DNA from: Paragordius varius | Taxonomy: Eukaryota > Animalia > Nematomorpha | Direction: 5' to 3' | Assembly: GCA_964247055.1 (NCBI GenBank) | Contig: OZ176052.1 | Span: forward strand, 9,486,001 to 9,550,000 | Length of the DNA stretch: 64,000 bases | Shown here: piece after piece, positions 1-15,700 of the stretch | How the letters are laid out: every line of letters starts with the position of its first letter | How positions within the stretch are numbered: position 1 is the stretch's first letter | Translations under genes and position numbers: made by a program | The notes under the pieces: generated by a model | The model's database searches: none | The model's input: the letters and a program-made list of their open reading frames with translations, nothing else | What the model was told of the DNA's origin: nothing

Positions 1-786
1 TTACCGAAAATCACCTGTTTTTTATACTATACGGACGATACTACGTGTGTGTAATCTTACGCAATATCTCTCCATTTTATTATTCTAATTTATGATACTA
101 GTATAATTTGGTTAAACATTTAATAAGTTACAGATAAATATATTATATAATATAGGTTAATTTATTTTCTTGAGAAATCCATATAAGTATGTATAGATAT
201 ATATATATATGTATATTAAATATATTTAGATCCATTTTAATAATATATTTAAAAGTGTATTTGTGTCCAAAACATGTAGTATAGTATTAACAATTCCGAC
301 TTGCATAATATATATATAATGATATATATTTTGTGTATCAATACATGAATGATTTATTTATGTACACTTTTTGAAAAAAAATCCCAATCCAGTCATAGTT
401 AGTTAATGACAATCTCAAATTATCATGGTAATTTATTTTATAATCAAAATTTGTTTGTTTCAAAAAAAGTTTTGTATGTAAGAACATGTATATGGACACT
501 TGAAAATTAAATTTATATAGAAATATTATTACATAAATAGTGACACAAAGATACAAACAGCAATAAATTTTACAAAGATACAATTAGTTATTGGTTATTT
601 AATAAATGGATTTGTTGATAATGTTTGCCATCCCATGAGTTTTCGCGAAAGTGTCGTTATCTAATTAAATATAAATAGATGAATGACAAACACCGTTACA
701 AAATTTTAAAAATCATTACTCGTTAGCTCAATTAAAAATGTTATTAAAATTCAAAAATAAATTAATTACCATATTGTTCACGCCAT

Positions 787-3700
787 TCATTGTCGTATTT
801 GTGTTGAATTGCTGGATGAAATTGTTTGAAGCGGATAATTGTTTTGAGGACATGGCAGAGATGTACGGTATAAGTTTGTGCCAAAATTTAATTTGGATGA
901 TGTAGGTGAGAGCATGTTTGTACTACCGCCCGTATAATTCATAAGATTATTGTAATAAGATGAATCTGTATGGAATTGAAAATTATTTTGCCCCGAAACA
1001 TGATAAGGATAAGAGTGTGATGTTGCAGGCCCCAGAGGGGTTTGTGAAGATACCAGTTGTTTAGAAGTTAAGGGGGAATTGCTATTAATAGTAGCATACG
1101 TTTTATGCTGATTATGGTTCGGTTGTAAGATGGTATTATTGTTGCTCCCAACAGTAGTGGTGTTATTATTACTACTGCCAATACAAATACTACCATCAAA
1201 TGAACGTCGTAATGAAGGGTTAGGGTTATGATTATTAGAATTGGATAATGGATGATATGAGGCACCTCCACCATTGTATAAAACAGCAGCGTTTTCAGGA
1301 GCCATACTCGAGTGAAACGCGTGATAATTTGTCAAATTATTCCCAACACCGCCAGCATAGAAGAGAGATGAATACGGGTAAGGAGTTCGAAATTGCATGG
1401 GCACAACAGGAGGATTACTGTTCGATGAGGATCGGCTTCGAGCCTTTACGACACCCGGATTTGTTTCATCCAGATCCAAGATATTGTGATTATATGCAGC
1501 ATGATTTGTGTTATTGTTGGGGTACGGGTTATTGAAACCTGTGGAGGAAAGATTGATGCCATCACCATTGTTGTTAGTACTACCAATGTGTTGTTTGTAT
1601 GCCGCGGCGGCAGCCATTGCGAATGCATTTGGTCCAACCATCATTGGGTGATACGGGGATGCCCGAGGAAAGCTCGTAGGATTCATCAACAAACTTTGAT
1701 TGTGATACGACGGTAGAGGGAGGGAGTAATGTTGTTTCGTACTCAATGTATTATTGGTACTATTGCTGTTATAAGTATGATTAGTACTAATGAAATTATT
1801 GTTGGTTAGTAGGGATGGATTGATAGTTTGTGAAGTAGAAGAATGGTAATATGGTATATGGTGCGTACTAGAACTCCTGCTACCCATAAGGTTGTGGTTG
1901 TTGGTTGAATCATAAGCGGCCATAACAGCCGATAACCAAGAAGATGTAATGACATTGGCGTTATTATTATTATTACTATGGCTAGGAGCAGGGTTATTCA
2001 TCATTAGGTTTGAAAAATTTGAAAAAGATAGTTGACCACTTGGGTGTGAGGACTGAGAATCCGTTTGATTCGCATTTTTGTTATTGTGAATTAACGGCAT
2101 GGATATAATAGATGAGTCGGATATTGTAAATGATGTTGAACAAGGCGTAACGGATCCGGTTTTCCCATTCTTTTCTGTGCTATTGCTGGTGTCATGGTTC
2201 AAAGAACCAATTGATTTGTTCGTTGTGTGGGACGATGTATTAACCACGTTAGATTTATGATTAGCATCTTCACTAACAAAGCTACTGGTAGTGGTATTAG
2301 CATTATAAACCTGTTTATTAATGTTTGCTATTACACTATTTATGGCATTTTCAATGTTTTGATCGACGCGGTTTTTTTCCACAGTATCATCATAATTACT
2401 ATTTTGTGCCTGATGATGGCTACTTGATTCATTTATTTCAACAATTGTTTGCGTTGTGGTTAAATTTTGATCAGTGTTAGAACTCTTACGATTTTCCGTA
2501 GCAGGTTCAGTAGGAATAGAGTGGTTGTTTGAAAGTCCAGTGGCGGAAGAAGTCGTAATCAGTGTCGAAATGACTGGAGGCACTGGGCTACTGCCAGTCG
2601 CAAACGAAGAATTGGATTCATTGTAACAGCTGGCTGAATCGACCGTCGTTGTTCCCAACGGAGTGGCTCGCATATTATTGTTACTGCTATTTGTATTATT
2701 ATTATTACGTTTCTTTAATGGTTTATCCCAATCCAAATTTTTCGTAACAGGATGATGCTGCTGTAATGGAGGCACAATATTAGCGCTTTGTGCAGTTTCC
2801 GTACTAATAGATGCTAATGTCACATTAATAGACTGGGATTCTGAACCTTTAGATTCATTCATTTTAGTTGATGTTTTGGCTAATGATGGTAGGGTGTTAT
2901 TAGCAGATGATGATTGAATGCTACATGTTTCTTCCTTACCAGTTTTGATGTCAGACGTGTTGGTAGGAGGTGGAATACAAGAAGAATTTTTCAAGTTTGC
3001 AAGCGTTAGAGATGCACTAAGCTCCATATCAGTTTTTTCTAAATTATACACATAAAATAAATAAAAAAATGCATAAATATAATCAGTCTTAAACTAAAAT
3101 GGGCAAGAAACTGGACACTACCTGATATACTTCGCATTTTTGTGTCACCGGTACTGCTCGAAATAAAATTTGTCAATGTAACCGATGTTTGAATTGTTGA
3201 TGTCATAGTATTAGATGATAAAGAGGCTATTGTACTGTATGGTGGTGCTTGTGAATGCGACAATTTGTGACTTGGGCGACATTCTTTGTTGCTGCGTTTA
3301 AAGAATTTTTCAGGTTTAGCGTTTTCTGCAACATTTTCTTTTTCCGACTAAAAAATATCAGAAAATTAACATATGCATTTAAAAGATGTATTATTCGCTA
3401 CGCTATCATATCGTTTGTAAAAATAATTATATGTTTTCTTTTTAACCAGCATTTACTGTATAAAAAATATTTGTGAATAAATACATGCAACAAATATGTA
3501 GCAACAATAAATTAATCACTCAATAACGATAAACATTTCAAAATAAAAGCCCAAAAAGTAAAAATTTTCAGGGTTATGATACCTTAATTGGTAAAGTGGC
3601 ATTCATGGCCGTAGTTTGACTCAAAGATTGCGGTATGTGGGATTGCAAGCTACAAAATTTGAGTGTTGCTGGTAGGGTAGTCGACGAGTTAATCGAAACG

Positions 3701-6700
3701 CCTACAGAACTTGTTGCAATTACATTTACTTTTTCGTTGCTACATACGGTCAAGGTGTTATCTTTTTGGCCAGAATTATTTGTGCTGCAAATAGACGTAA
3801 GGATATTATTGGACACAACGGTGGTATTTGAAACTGTTCCAGTTATGACGGATTTTTCTGCCTTTGATGTAGTAGTATAACTGTTATTCGTCGCTGTAGA
3901 TGTGGATAAAGCGGAATGGGTAGTCAACAACTGTTGTGGGGTACAAGTTAAAATCGCTACGCTACAGTTATTGTGTTTAGTAGTGTTATTTGAATTGTTG
4001 GTGCATTCAATCATAGCCTTAGCAATGACACTTTTAACATAGGTGGCACAAGCCATGGGATCCTCCAAACCCGACAAAGATTTCGCAACATTATTAGGGG
4101 TGGTTGTAAAGGTTTGGAAGGATTTTACATTTTCAGTGTTATTTATGTTGCAAACTGACATTGTTAAAACTTTAGGGTTGTTTGATGGGATATTTTTATT
4201 AGTGTTACTCGCTCCTAATATTAAATTAGCTGTAGGGTTTGGTTTTAAGGGGTGTGTGGATGTTAAAGCAATTAAATTCCTATTATGAGATGAAGAAGGA
4301 GCGGAAGTTGTTAAATCGCCCATAGTTTTAATGGGTTTTGGGTAATTCGCAGCGTTATTGTTAGTAAGCTGGGCGAATATATTGTTAGCAAGCATGGTTG
4401 AAAATGTATTAGATGACATTAAAGGTAAGGTTGAAGATATATTTACCATTTTATATCCATTGTTCATGGATGTGTTAACGGAGTTTGGGATAGAGTTTTG
4501 CATGAGTGAAGCAAAATAATTTGATACAACCAGCGGGTTAATTGTTTGTAATGTTGAAAGGGTAATGGTAGGTTTTGCTACGTTAATGGATGAAGTATTC
4601 TGATTTCCACCAGGTATATTACCTTTATTTTGATTATTTCCAAAACTATTTGCTATGGTCGTGGTACCCAACATTAGCGGTATCAATTGATGGAGTGGCA
4701 ATAAATCAGTTTTTCCAACAAAATTATTCATACAATTACTATTTGCTGATGATGTGCAAGTCGTATTACCATTGGTTTTTGTAAAAACTGAATTAGTTGA
4801 TGATGATGTTGAAGATGATACTATGAGTTTTGATATGGGCAAAATTTTTGAATACGCAAGTTGATTAATGTTAGCCATGGAATTAGATGCGGACATAACA
4901 TTCTTGGACCCTAGTAAGGTTGTCGAGGTTACGCTTAACATACAAGTCGTAGATGTTGAAGATGATGGTGATTGATGTAATGTATGGGTGGAGGGAGTAA
5001 ATCTCCCTAAAAGTAATTTATTGAAATCATTTATGCGCTCTTTCAACTCACAATTCTTGGCACTAAGATATTCTACCTCAGTTTCGGCTTTTATAAGGGA
5101 TGCTTTAAGATTATGTTGGAGTTGTACGACATTCTTGGCAAAATTACTTAGATTCACGGGCTTAGTAATGGATATATCCAATTTATTCATTTTAAACTAT
5201 GGATAATTTGATAAAAATAAATTAGAGGGTGTATTCATATAGATATTTCCACAAAGACCAAAAAACATTAAAATAAAACAAACTTGTAATAATTTGGATA
5301 TTTCGGACATAATGTCACGCTTTGACTGTTCAGCAAGGGCTATTTTAGCGTACAAACTTTGGTTAGTTTTGGATTGCAAGGCTAAATCTGCCGTTATTCT
5401 GGCAGGTGGGGTAACTGATTTATTTAAGGCCATGGATAAGGTACACCATTCATCAAAGATTAATTCTAAACAAAAAGAATGAAATTTTAGACAAGCATAA
5501 GATAGCAAATTCTAACCGTTTAATTAACCGGCCTTAAGTTTCAAAATACCACATTTCATTACAATATGTTATCAGCTACTATTTATTTACTTGTGAAAGA
5601 TTTCAATTTATCAAACGTTTCTGTATCCATGTTGTCCGGTTTTGACAATACCAGTTTGTCTGCATCGTTTTGGTTAATCAAGGTGTTATGAGCTGTAATT
5701 TGCATTATTTTAGATCTATTTCCATCTGTGGCATTATTATTATTATTATTACTGGTAATTGTACCAGATATAACGTTTTGTATAGATGCATCGTAATTCT
5801 GTAGTTGTTTACCACCACCATCACCACTTAGTGTTTGATACGTAGAGTTGAGTGAGTTATGAAGTGTTTGGTCAGGTTGCATAGAATGCAACAAAGTATG
5901 TTCATGAAGGAGATCAAGCGAAGATTCAAAATCTGCAAAGAGATAAAGTTTTTGAAATATAACATAAAATATACGGGGGAAAAATTGATAAAAAAAATAA
6001 GAAAAAGCGAAAATAAACCTTCAAAGTTTTTCTTACGCCTCTTCTTTTGAGTGAGGAGGTTAGTATCGTTCAGCGTGCTAGCGGAATCTAAATTCCCGCT
6101 ATCTTTGGATAATTTAATGTTGTTGGATGATGGAGGGGATTCGTTGTTAAATAGGAAAGTAGGTAGGGGTGGTGACACAGGATTTATAATATTTTTAGTA
6201 GGCGAGTTCTGTTATTTATACCGCACAATATAAAAATTACATTTAAAGTGATATTTTACATTTAAAATAATTGAAGTAAAATAAATTTTATATTTAATAT
6301 AATCAAGCTAATAAAACCAAAGATTTTAACTATAAATAAAATATAAGCAAACCTTGTTGTGTGCAATAGAATTTATATTGGGTGATGTTTTAACAGGAGA
6401 ATCGATTTGAGTGATGGTAGAACGTTTGACAATTTTCTTTTTACCATCGGTAAATTCTGTATCATCAAAATTAACATTAATACAAAAATTGATTCAAACA
6501 TAATGTGTATATGCGATATAACAAGTGTAATTTGAATTAAAAAAATAAAATAATTTCAAACCTAAATAATAATCTGAACGATCTGTAATTTTTTCGACTT
6601 TTCCTGACAGGCCAAAAAATTCACCAGTTTTGCTAATTTGAACAAGGGAACCAATCTATATTGTTGGGATTAAACAAATTATTAAAAAGATTTTTTTTAT

Positions 6701-9700
6701 TAAAAAAAAAGTTTAAAAAATAAGGTCCAAGTACCTTGATTGGACCCTTGATTTCATCTTGATTTACAGTTACAAATTTATTGTCCTTCAAACGAACCTA
6801 ATGGAAATATTAATTAAATATATATATTTTTATTGCTCTAAGCGTATTATAAACCAATAATGACTTTTAGTTTTCCAGTAGCGTATGGCATAAAACAATT
6901 TTAGTCCATAAAATAATAAAAATGTTTTTTTAAAAAATAACCCTAGTTGTATATACACATATCCATAATATCCCCTTCTTATTTTAAAAAAAATTTTTTT
7001 ATTCTTTTATGGACTAACATTGTTTTATGTCATACGCTACTGTAAACTAATTTTAAAAGATTGAAAATGTTACATAAAACAAACTTTGATTTTTAAATTT
7101 AAACGAATCTTCTTAACAAAGGCTCTTTTGTTTAATTGAGGTGTGTTGGAGGTTTTATCGATTTGATATAATACATGCTTGCCATCCGGTATGTATGGTA
7201 TATTCGATAATACTGACTAAAAAATAATAAAATTATAAATGAAATATGAAAATAATTTCTCAAATAAAAAATATTTATTACTGTTATTGAGGATTTTCGA
7301 ACGGGTGATGTAACATTTGTTTTGGAGTTTTTACTGTTCTGTAGTGGTAAATATTCATCTTCTAATTCCATATCTTGACTTTGAGGTGTGTCATTTGTGG
7401 TAAAATCTTTTTTTTAATAAAAAGTAAAAAGTTTGATTATATTTTTACATCTAGTATACACACTTGAATAATTTAAATTCGCCCTAATAAATTATGTTTT
7501 TGAAATAAAAAATTACCTATATTTTTTGTTTTGAAAAGTAGGATTTTGTTTAATATTACATAATACAGACAAAAATGATAAACTGCCTAAAAAATAATGA
7601 AATAATTTAGATAAGCCCTAAAACAATTATTCAGGGAAAATTTAAATTGTTTAAAGACAAATATAAATTGTTCAAGGGTGAATTTGAGATGTAAATGGTT
7701 ATTGACACAAGTGTTTATAAATTAGAACATAGAAATCATACTTTGATATGTGCCATCAGTTTTTGATGAGACATTTTGATCTTGAGATCCTAGTCTAGAT
7801 CTATAAATACAAAAATTGTAAAAATGAAAATAAAAATGAATCTTTTTAAATCCAATAAAGTTTATTCCAAACTAGATATCAATAATATTTTACTTCAAAT
7901 TTAAGTGTTTCGCTAAAAAACTTAACTCCTTTGTTAGCGAATATATTTTTAAATTAACAAAAAAATGATTGAGAAGTAATAAAATTTTGTGCGAAAAATA
8001 ACCATGCAAATAAATTAATCCAAATGTGAATGCTAAACATTAGAGATCAAATAAAGGCGTTACAATATACTGACCAAAGCTTTCACCTTATACAGTATAT
8101 GTGAGTTATCAATAATTTAAACCCAAAGCCAAACAATTTTTCCTTCTCTGTCAGCCCTGAGCAGACGATTGACTTTAATAAAAAAAGTCAGAATGTAAAA
8201 TCAAAATTTGTGCCACACCTTCTCCTAATATTTTACAGCGGAGAAAAAATTTATTTTAATTTTACTTTGGTTTAGTAAAAAAATTAATTGTTTAATAAAT
8301 GGAAAAACTAAAGCCTTAAAGTAATGGTATTAATAAAATATTGCATATTTAACTTTACACGATACTAAAAAGAAGTAAAATATGTCACATCACTGCTGCT
8401 GCTATTATATTTATGGAAAAGATAAAATATTTACCTGGATTGTGGCACAGTTAAGGATGTAGAACTTTTAACCGTGGTGGAAAAAGAGGATGTATTAGGT
8501 ATTGATGTTTTATGGAGAAAAGATTTAGATCGACCACCATAGTTATGTAATAATAATGGTGTTGTCGACGAATGTTGGTTGTTATGATGATATGCAAAAT
8601 CAATATTACTGGTTGCGCTCATATTCGAATTATTAATCAATGTATCTTCATCAGCTAAAAAGCTTAATGAAGATGATGGAGTTGATGAGGTGGACGAAAG
8701 ATTGCTACAAAACGATAAATGTGTTATTAGACACTTGAATTTATTAGAAACAGTTTTATAATATATGTATATATATACAACTGTGGAGTCAAATCTATCC
8801 ATATACAAATCATTTTAATTTAATTTAAGAACATAAAAAATAAATGCGTTAGATTCAATAACCACAATAACAAGTATAATTAAATAAAATTTCTGCAAAA
8901 CAAACTACCCATCCTATACAAAATTAGTATTTAACCTGTATGATGCAGTTTTTTTGTCGTGGATCCGTTTTTTGTTTTGGCTCTTAATTTTATTGAATGA
9001 GTTACTACCAACTGTATCCAATAAGGAATCGGTACTATGAATGATTAGTTTTGAAAACTTATTATTGGCAGATGGTATAAGACCCGTTGATGATGGGCTG
9101 ATGAGACCATTAGGCAAAGACTGGTAAGAATGTTTTCTTTGGCGATTATGGTGGTTAGTGGTCATTGAAGTTTTAACCGATAAAATATTTGTGGATGACA
9201 ATGGGGTAGGCATTAATACACCTCCCATCCCAGGAAGCTGTGGTGAATTATCCTTTTCATTGTCAAACAGGGGAGATGTTGAGCGTTTTAAGGATAAATT
9301 ATTATTTATGTTGTAATTAGCAGTCGACATTACTAAATGGTTGACTCTCTTATCTTGCCCGTAGTCAGTAGTTTCATTTTCAGTGTTGTTATTGTATAGC
9401 AAACTTTCTTTCTTAATAGGTTGCGGTAAGATTGGTGTAGTGATAGATGTCGTCCCAATACCTGAAAACACAGCATGATGATTATGATGGGACGACAAAG
9501 AAATGACCGGTTTCTCATCAATCAGATCCTTAGTGTTAATATCATGATGTTGATTTTGTTTATTGAGCCTTTCTTTTGCCTTTTCACTGGCATTCAAAGA
9601 TTTAATGTTTGTCGAGTGGGATGAAGAAAGGTGTGAAGATGATGTGGTATCATCCGTATCATAATTATTTCTATGATCTCTATGTTTGTTTTTATGACGA

Positions 9701-12700
9701 ACATTATTATTCTTATCATGACTATTGTTGGGTAGCGATGAATTCGATAACGTTGAATACATGACATCACCATTAGTTAGTTTCGAGGTTTGCTGATGTT
9801 TTCGTTGTTTATGCCTATGAAGGATTATACGTTGTGGATTATCATCTCCCTCATAATCTAGGAGGGCATCATCATTGAGGCGATGATCTCTAGAGCCGAT
9901 TCCACCTCCCCCCAAAGAGGAAGCATTACTGCTATCCCGGGACGATGGTCGTTTCCGTTTGAAATCCTAATGAATGAAAACGTTAAGAATTAGATATTAA
10001 ACGAACTTAAATATTGACAGATGACCGATATAACCGACAGACGCAAAATTTTTGTTCGCCATGGTTTAAGTTTATAAGCTTAGACACTTAGTAAACATCA
10101 TTTAAACTTTTTACTCGCAAAAAATAAAACATTTTATATGTATCATTAATTAATTTAATTTAATTTATTCATAAAATAATAACATTTTCAATAATATTGA
10201 ATGAACCCCTTATTTTATATTGTGTCAAAACTTTGGTTAACAAATATAAAAAAAAAGTTTTCCCAACAAGTAAAATATTTAAAACTAATAAGTGGCAAAT
10301 ATATCGGGTAAACTATATAAAGCTCATATAGAAAAACTAATTGTATACCTGATTTTGATTAACATTGTCGTAATACTCTTGAAGCTATAATCATGAAAAA
10401 AAAAGAATTAATGTCATAGTTTAAAAAACACAAGTAAATGTAGAATTATAAAAATTAAAAAGTTGAGAAAAATTATATATAAATATATACCAATGATCGA
10501 TCAATAACTTGGATGTAATAAGGTAGAGCGTTTTGGGTCCAAGAAAATGCCCCAGTATCGCTCATGTGCTTAGAGACGCGCATCATCGCAGCCGGATCTA
10601 AAACAAGAAAATTTTAAAAAAACATGATTCAAATATGTGCATTACGGATTTTAGCTAAGATTTTGCATGCACAGCTTGTTTATTGATTCTATTAATATTT
10701 TAAATGTTAAGTGGGGGAAAATTTAAATGGGTGTGAGCAAGTATGAATTTTTTCCATATTTCATCATGCCCATCTAACCAATAATTTGGTTTATTGTATG
10801 TGATATAATTTATCTAAAACTTAAAACTATATCCAAGAATCATATAAATACATACCATCAAGATTTCGGTCTGAAATACGAAATGATTCAGGGCGAAAGG
10901 GATATGTTGAAATTATACGTGTATCTAAAACAAAAAAAAACGATAATATATAAATTAAAAAATCATGTAACTAATTTAACTTTGTAGTGATATATAATAT
11001 GGCTTACTGTCTCCCAAATTATGGAAATGACTTTTGAGTTTGTGGTTGACTTCCCGAAAAGCAAAATTATTAACGTATATAATTGAAGATTGGTATATGA
11101 GATCAATAAATTGGGGTTCAAGAAAATCACCAGTTATCAACTATCAAGAAAAGAAATAAAAATACTAAATTTTTGAACAATAAAAAAATTGATATTGTCA
11201 TTAATTCCATATGGTGCAATAAATATGATAGAAATCAAAATGTGGCCTAAAATTTTTGGTAATGACACATGAATCAAAATTAAAAAAACATATATTAATG
11301 AATATTAATTTTGAATTTTACAAATATTCCACATAAAGTAGATAATATTTCTGTAAATTATGATATTGTATAACCTGATATTTGCGATACTTTTTGCCAA
11401 ACCATTTCATAACATTGGCGAAATGTTTATCCATACTGAGAGCATAATGGGCCCTTGTGGATTCTTTCTCAATCCCTATGCAAGTTTTGCATTGGGTGGA
11501 TGCTGCTACTTGTAAAACTATATGGCCAATACCTAAACAAACGAGATTGAAAAAAAGAATGAATCATCAAAAAAAAAGTTTGACAAAATAGAAATGGCAC
11601 TCGTTTTCAAAATCTTTCATTTTAATATTTTGGTCAATATTATTTAGCGTCATATTAATCCATTATATGGGATTAATGTGGAAAAATTATTTAAGATTAA
11701 CAGAATAGAATAAAAACAATGGGCATATTAAAGTAAAAAAAAGAATTGACAGTGCATTTAAATTTATTTTTAGGACAGTTGATACCTAAAAATATTTTTT
11801 TTGTATTTTATGCCCATATTTTTCCCAATCCTGTTTTTTCTCCCCTTACTTTTTAAAAAGGGTTTTTTACGATTTATTCCTTTAATTATTTTGTAACATT
11901 CTTTTTATAAAAGGATTTCTTACCACTGCCTAAATCTATGAACGTGTCGTCCGGTTGTATGTTAATTTTCTGCAAAATTTTTCGGACCTGTTCATAATTA
12001 GTCTCCCCATACGTCTAAAAAATTAATAATTATTATTAATAATTTTGTGAGATTTGCCGCCTAAGATATTTTGAAATTATATTCATAAAAAATCCCAAAT
12101 ATTTAGTTATGAATCTATTTATCATATTTAATATTATAAAAACACCTTTTTTATTTTATTCCACAATTTTTACAAAGATTATCTTTCCTTGCTTAAGGCA
12201 AAAATAAATAAAAATAATAATAATATATCAAATAATATATATAATTTATATTTTATGTTTAAACAAATTTCTTTTTTATATATATATTTATAGTTAACAA
12301 CATTACAATTTGTTTATAATATTTATATTATACATAGAAAGAAAGCTCAATGAACATACAAACAAAAAAACAGGTAAAAGTAACAGGTAAATGTAAATTT
12401 GTAAAAGGTTATATACATTTGTATATTTTAAGGCGAATATATATATAAAATATGTATAATCTTAAGGCCTATTATGTTATCATTACATGATTTGTATATC
12501 GTCGTTAGGAGGTAAAATTGTTTATAAAAAATATAACTGTGAACAAAAAGTTGAATACGCAAAATTTTATTATACATTTAAAAAAATACTCAAATATATC
12601 CAACAAAAAATTTTATGTTTATTATAACAAATCATTAGATCATCCACTTTCATATGGATAATGCTTGTTTAAAATTAACCTTACACCAAAAAAATTTAAT

Positions 12701-15700
12701 ATCTTAAGGCAAATTTTTTATGCAACACATACATAATAATCTCGTTGTGTAATAATAAAATTTGTAATCATTTCTATACATATATATGCCTACAAAGGGT
12801 GAAAAGAATGGGGGTGGATATATTATATTTATCTAATAATGAGAGTTATTTAACGTGTAAAACGATGAATAAAACTTACTTCAGGTAACGCTGTAGGTTT
12901 GCACTTATTAAGTAACAAGGGTTGAGTGACTGCCCTCGTGTACACAAAATCTAAAATCCATTTGAGCAATTCGCTGGATGCTACAGGGTTCCCACACACC
13001 ATGCTTGTTCCCTTTGACTGTTAACATCAAAAACATTTTTTTAAACCATGACATAAAAAAAAAATTTTTATGGCGAACAACAAACATTAAAAGTAAAAAA
13101 AAATCGATTTTACAAGGTAGTATAGGATAGATAGCGTAATGTATAATGGTCAAGAGACAGTATGACTGCCTTTTTTACTTTGTTAACTTATGCGACAAAG
13201 GTGAAACAGCCAAAATCATTATTGTATGATAAATCATAAATATTTCAACTATCATTATATTTACTATTATATTATTATTATTATTAATATTGTTTATAAG
13301 GTGATTACGATGATGAAAATATATATATAAATCGTAAAGGTCGCGCGGTCAAACATGTCACAACAATATTATATAGATCTTTCATATACATATTATTACT
13401 TACAAATATATTTATATGATATGAAAGGTAAAAAAATAATCATAACGATCTCAACATTCGAATAAAAAATGTCGGCATTTAAAATTATTTTTTAGCCACC
13501 TATTGTTGTATATGTACATATCTTTTACATTGCAGACGTTTTATTCATCATAAAAAATGATTGCATAATGAAAGAATTATATAATCGCGGTTCAGTATAT
13601 ATAAAGTTTTTGAATATAATTAATATTGAAGTTTTTAGTTTGGTTTTAAAAAATTAAATATGTATAATAAAGTGTAAAAAATATTGATAGTTCACAAACT
13701 TACCATAGAGAGAAAAGTATCGATTACGTGATTGAATCGGCCACACAATGCTTGCATATCATCATAACTAGAAAAATTTATTTATACATATTATTTGATT
13801 AATAAATTCTAAGTTGTTAATAAACTCACTCGGCCATAGTTAATATTGTTTTACAGAAAAGAAAAAAAACCTAATGTAACCATCAATTTTTTATCTAAAA
13901 CCACTAAAAACAGTTATTGGGGGACAGCTATAAAAAAAGCATTAAAGTTTCCTCTCTCCACCAAATCCTACAGAGATGACAAATCATAAATATACATTTA
14001 CGCTATTTTTTTTGGTTAACATAAAAGGGAACAACTATTACACCATATACACATAACAGAAAATGATGAAGGAAAAATCGATAAAAACGAAAAAAAAAGA
14101 AATTACAGTAAATTCGATAAAAATACTACACGCTAAAAAAGCAATTTCATGTTAGATGAAATATTTTTTTACATTTTCATTAGCCAAGATTCAGGTGCCT
14201 GCTAACGATGATGAAAAACAACGTAAATATTGTGGTGTGTGCACAGAGAATCTCTATCTCTGCATTATGTTTAATGCATATTATATTGTATATATAAAAT
14301 CAATATATTTTAATTATCGGATTTTTTTTATGTTATACGAGAAACATTACAAAAAATATTGGATAGCAAGCAGTACGCCCCCGTATCTCTCCTCATAATA
14401 TATACTACTAAATCAAAAATTAAATGTATCAATCAATACGCTAAAATTTAAATCAATATAATTTCAACGCTAACTAATAAGACTGGAAATTTGGGCATAA
14501 TACAGGCTAAATTAAATACCTCTCAATAACCACACAAGTCAATAGTAAAATCAACATAGAGCATATGTTGGTTGTGGTCTTACAAAAAGAAACTATAAAA
14601 AATAATTACGAATATACAAACCAATATTAACATATAAAAGTGTATATGTTCAAACTTATCTGAGATACAAATAAATATCGAAAATCAATAAATGTATAAA
14701 GCTGCACGTAAAACAAATCTATGGTTAAAGATTGATATGTTTTACTATTTGCATTGCATGTTTAATATCCAAGTCTCTCTCTACTTAGTAAAATTTATTT
14801 TATATATTATTATATTTTTAAAGCATTATTTACCGATAAGAAAAAATGATTTTTTAACTCATTTGTTGCAAATTGATATACATATAAAACATGATTATAA
14901 AAAAATAAAATCAATATTTTAATTATTATTATTAAGAGCAAGAAAATATAGGGCAGTCATAGTAGAAAATGGAAATTAATTTGAAAATAAATACCTGGAA
15001 CGATCGATTGGCTTAATCACTTTTATGTCAATTATTGATTTGAGCACTGAATACTCCTTACAAACCCATCTATAAATATATAAAATATTTAGAAAAAGTT
15101 AGACATAAAATGTTTCATGGGATTTTTAAATAAACACTAAGTTTCGTTAGACATATACTTTTAAACTATATAAATCATAAATATTGAATGATAAAGTATA
15201 ACAGAGATTTATTAAACTTTTATCTGTAATCTAAAACTTTAGAGAGGATGGTTTATAATGTTACATATATTTTTTATAATATATCGATTTTTCAGGTTCA
15301 ATTTGTAAAATGTTTAATATAATCTATATCTATATAGGAAATATAATATAAAAAACCACCACAACAATGTTTAAGCAATTCTTTGCACAAATGCATGTAA
15401 AATTATATAAATCAAAAAACCACAATTTAAATTATATGTAATGTAAAATGTTTGCATTTTTGATATACAGGCGCGCGAAATCATATGTGTACCTTACATA
15501 CAAAATACGCATTTGTAAAAAAGAAAAACAATAATACTACACATCACATAGTACAACCAATTTTATAGCTTGAAGCTGTTTGAAATCAAAAAATTTTGTA
15601 AGATAAAAAATATGGATGGATGTAATCTTAAAATTTAGCTTTTTTTACAAAATTGTAAATGATTAAATTTTGACTTTTTGGCATAAGGATGGATAATTAA

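Noticed and set aside
1068-5482. Numerous short overlapping and antisense ORFs within the big DOT1L exons
   Set aside because: They are by-products of long low-complexity coding exons and show no independent motifs.
8125-8175. SIVCSGLTEKEK, BRCT-like peptide in a DOT1L intron
   Set aside because: It is too short, its phase does not fit the flanking exons, and the 7742-7800 exon already links them in frame.
6353-9966. A separate ARID4 gene downstream of DOT1L
   Set aside because: No ARID, PWWP or chromobarrel domain follows the Tudor. The exons splice in frame with the DOT1 catalytic exons, and a DOT1L-like coiled coil lies downstream.
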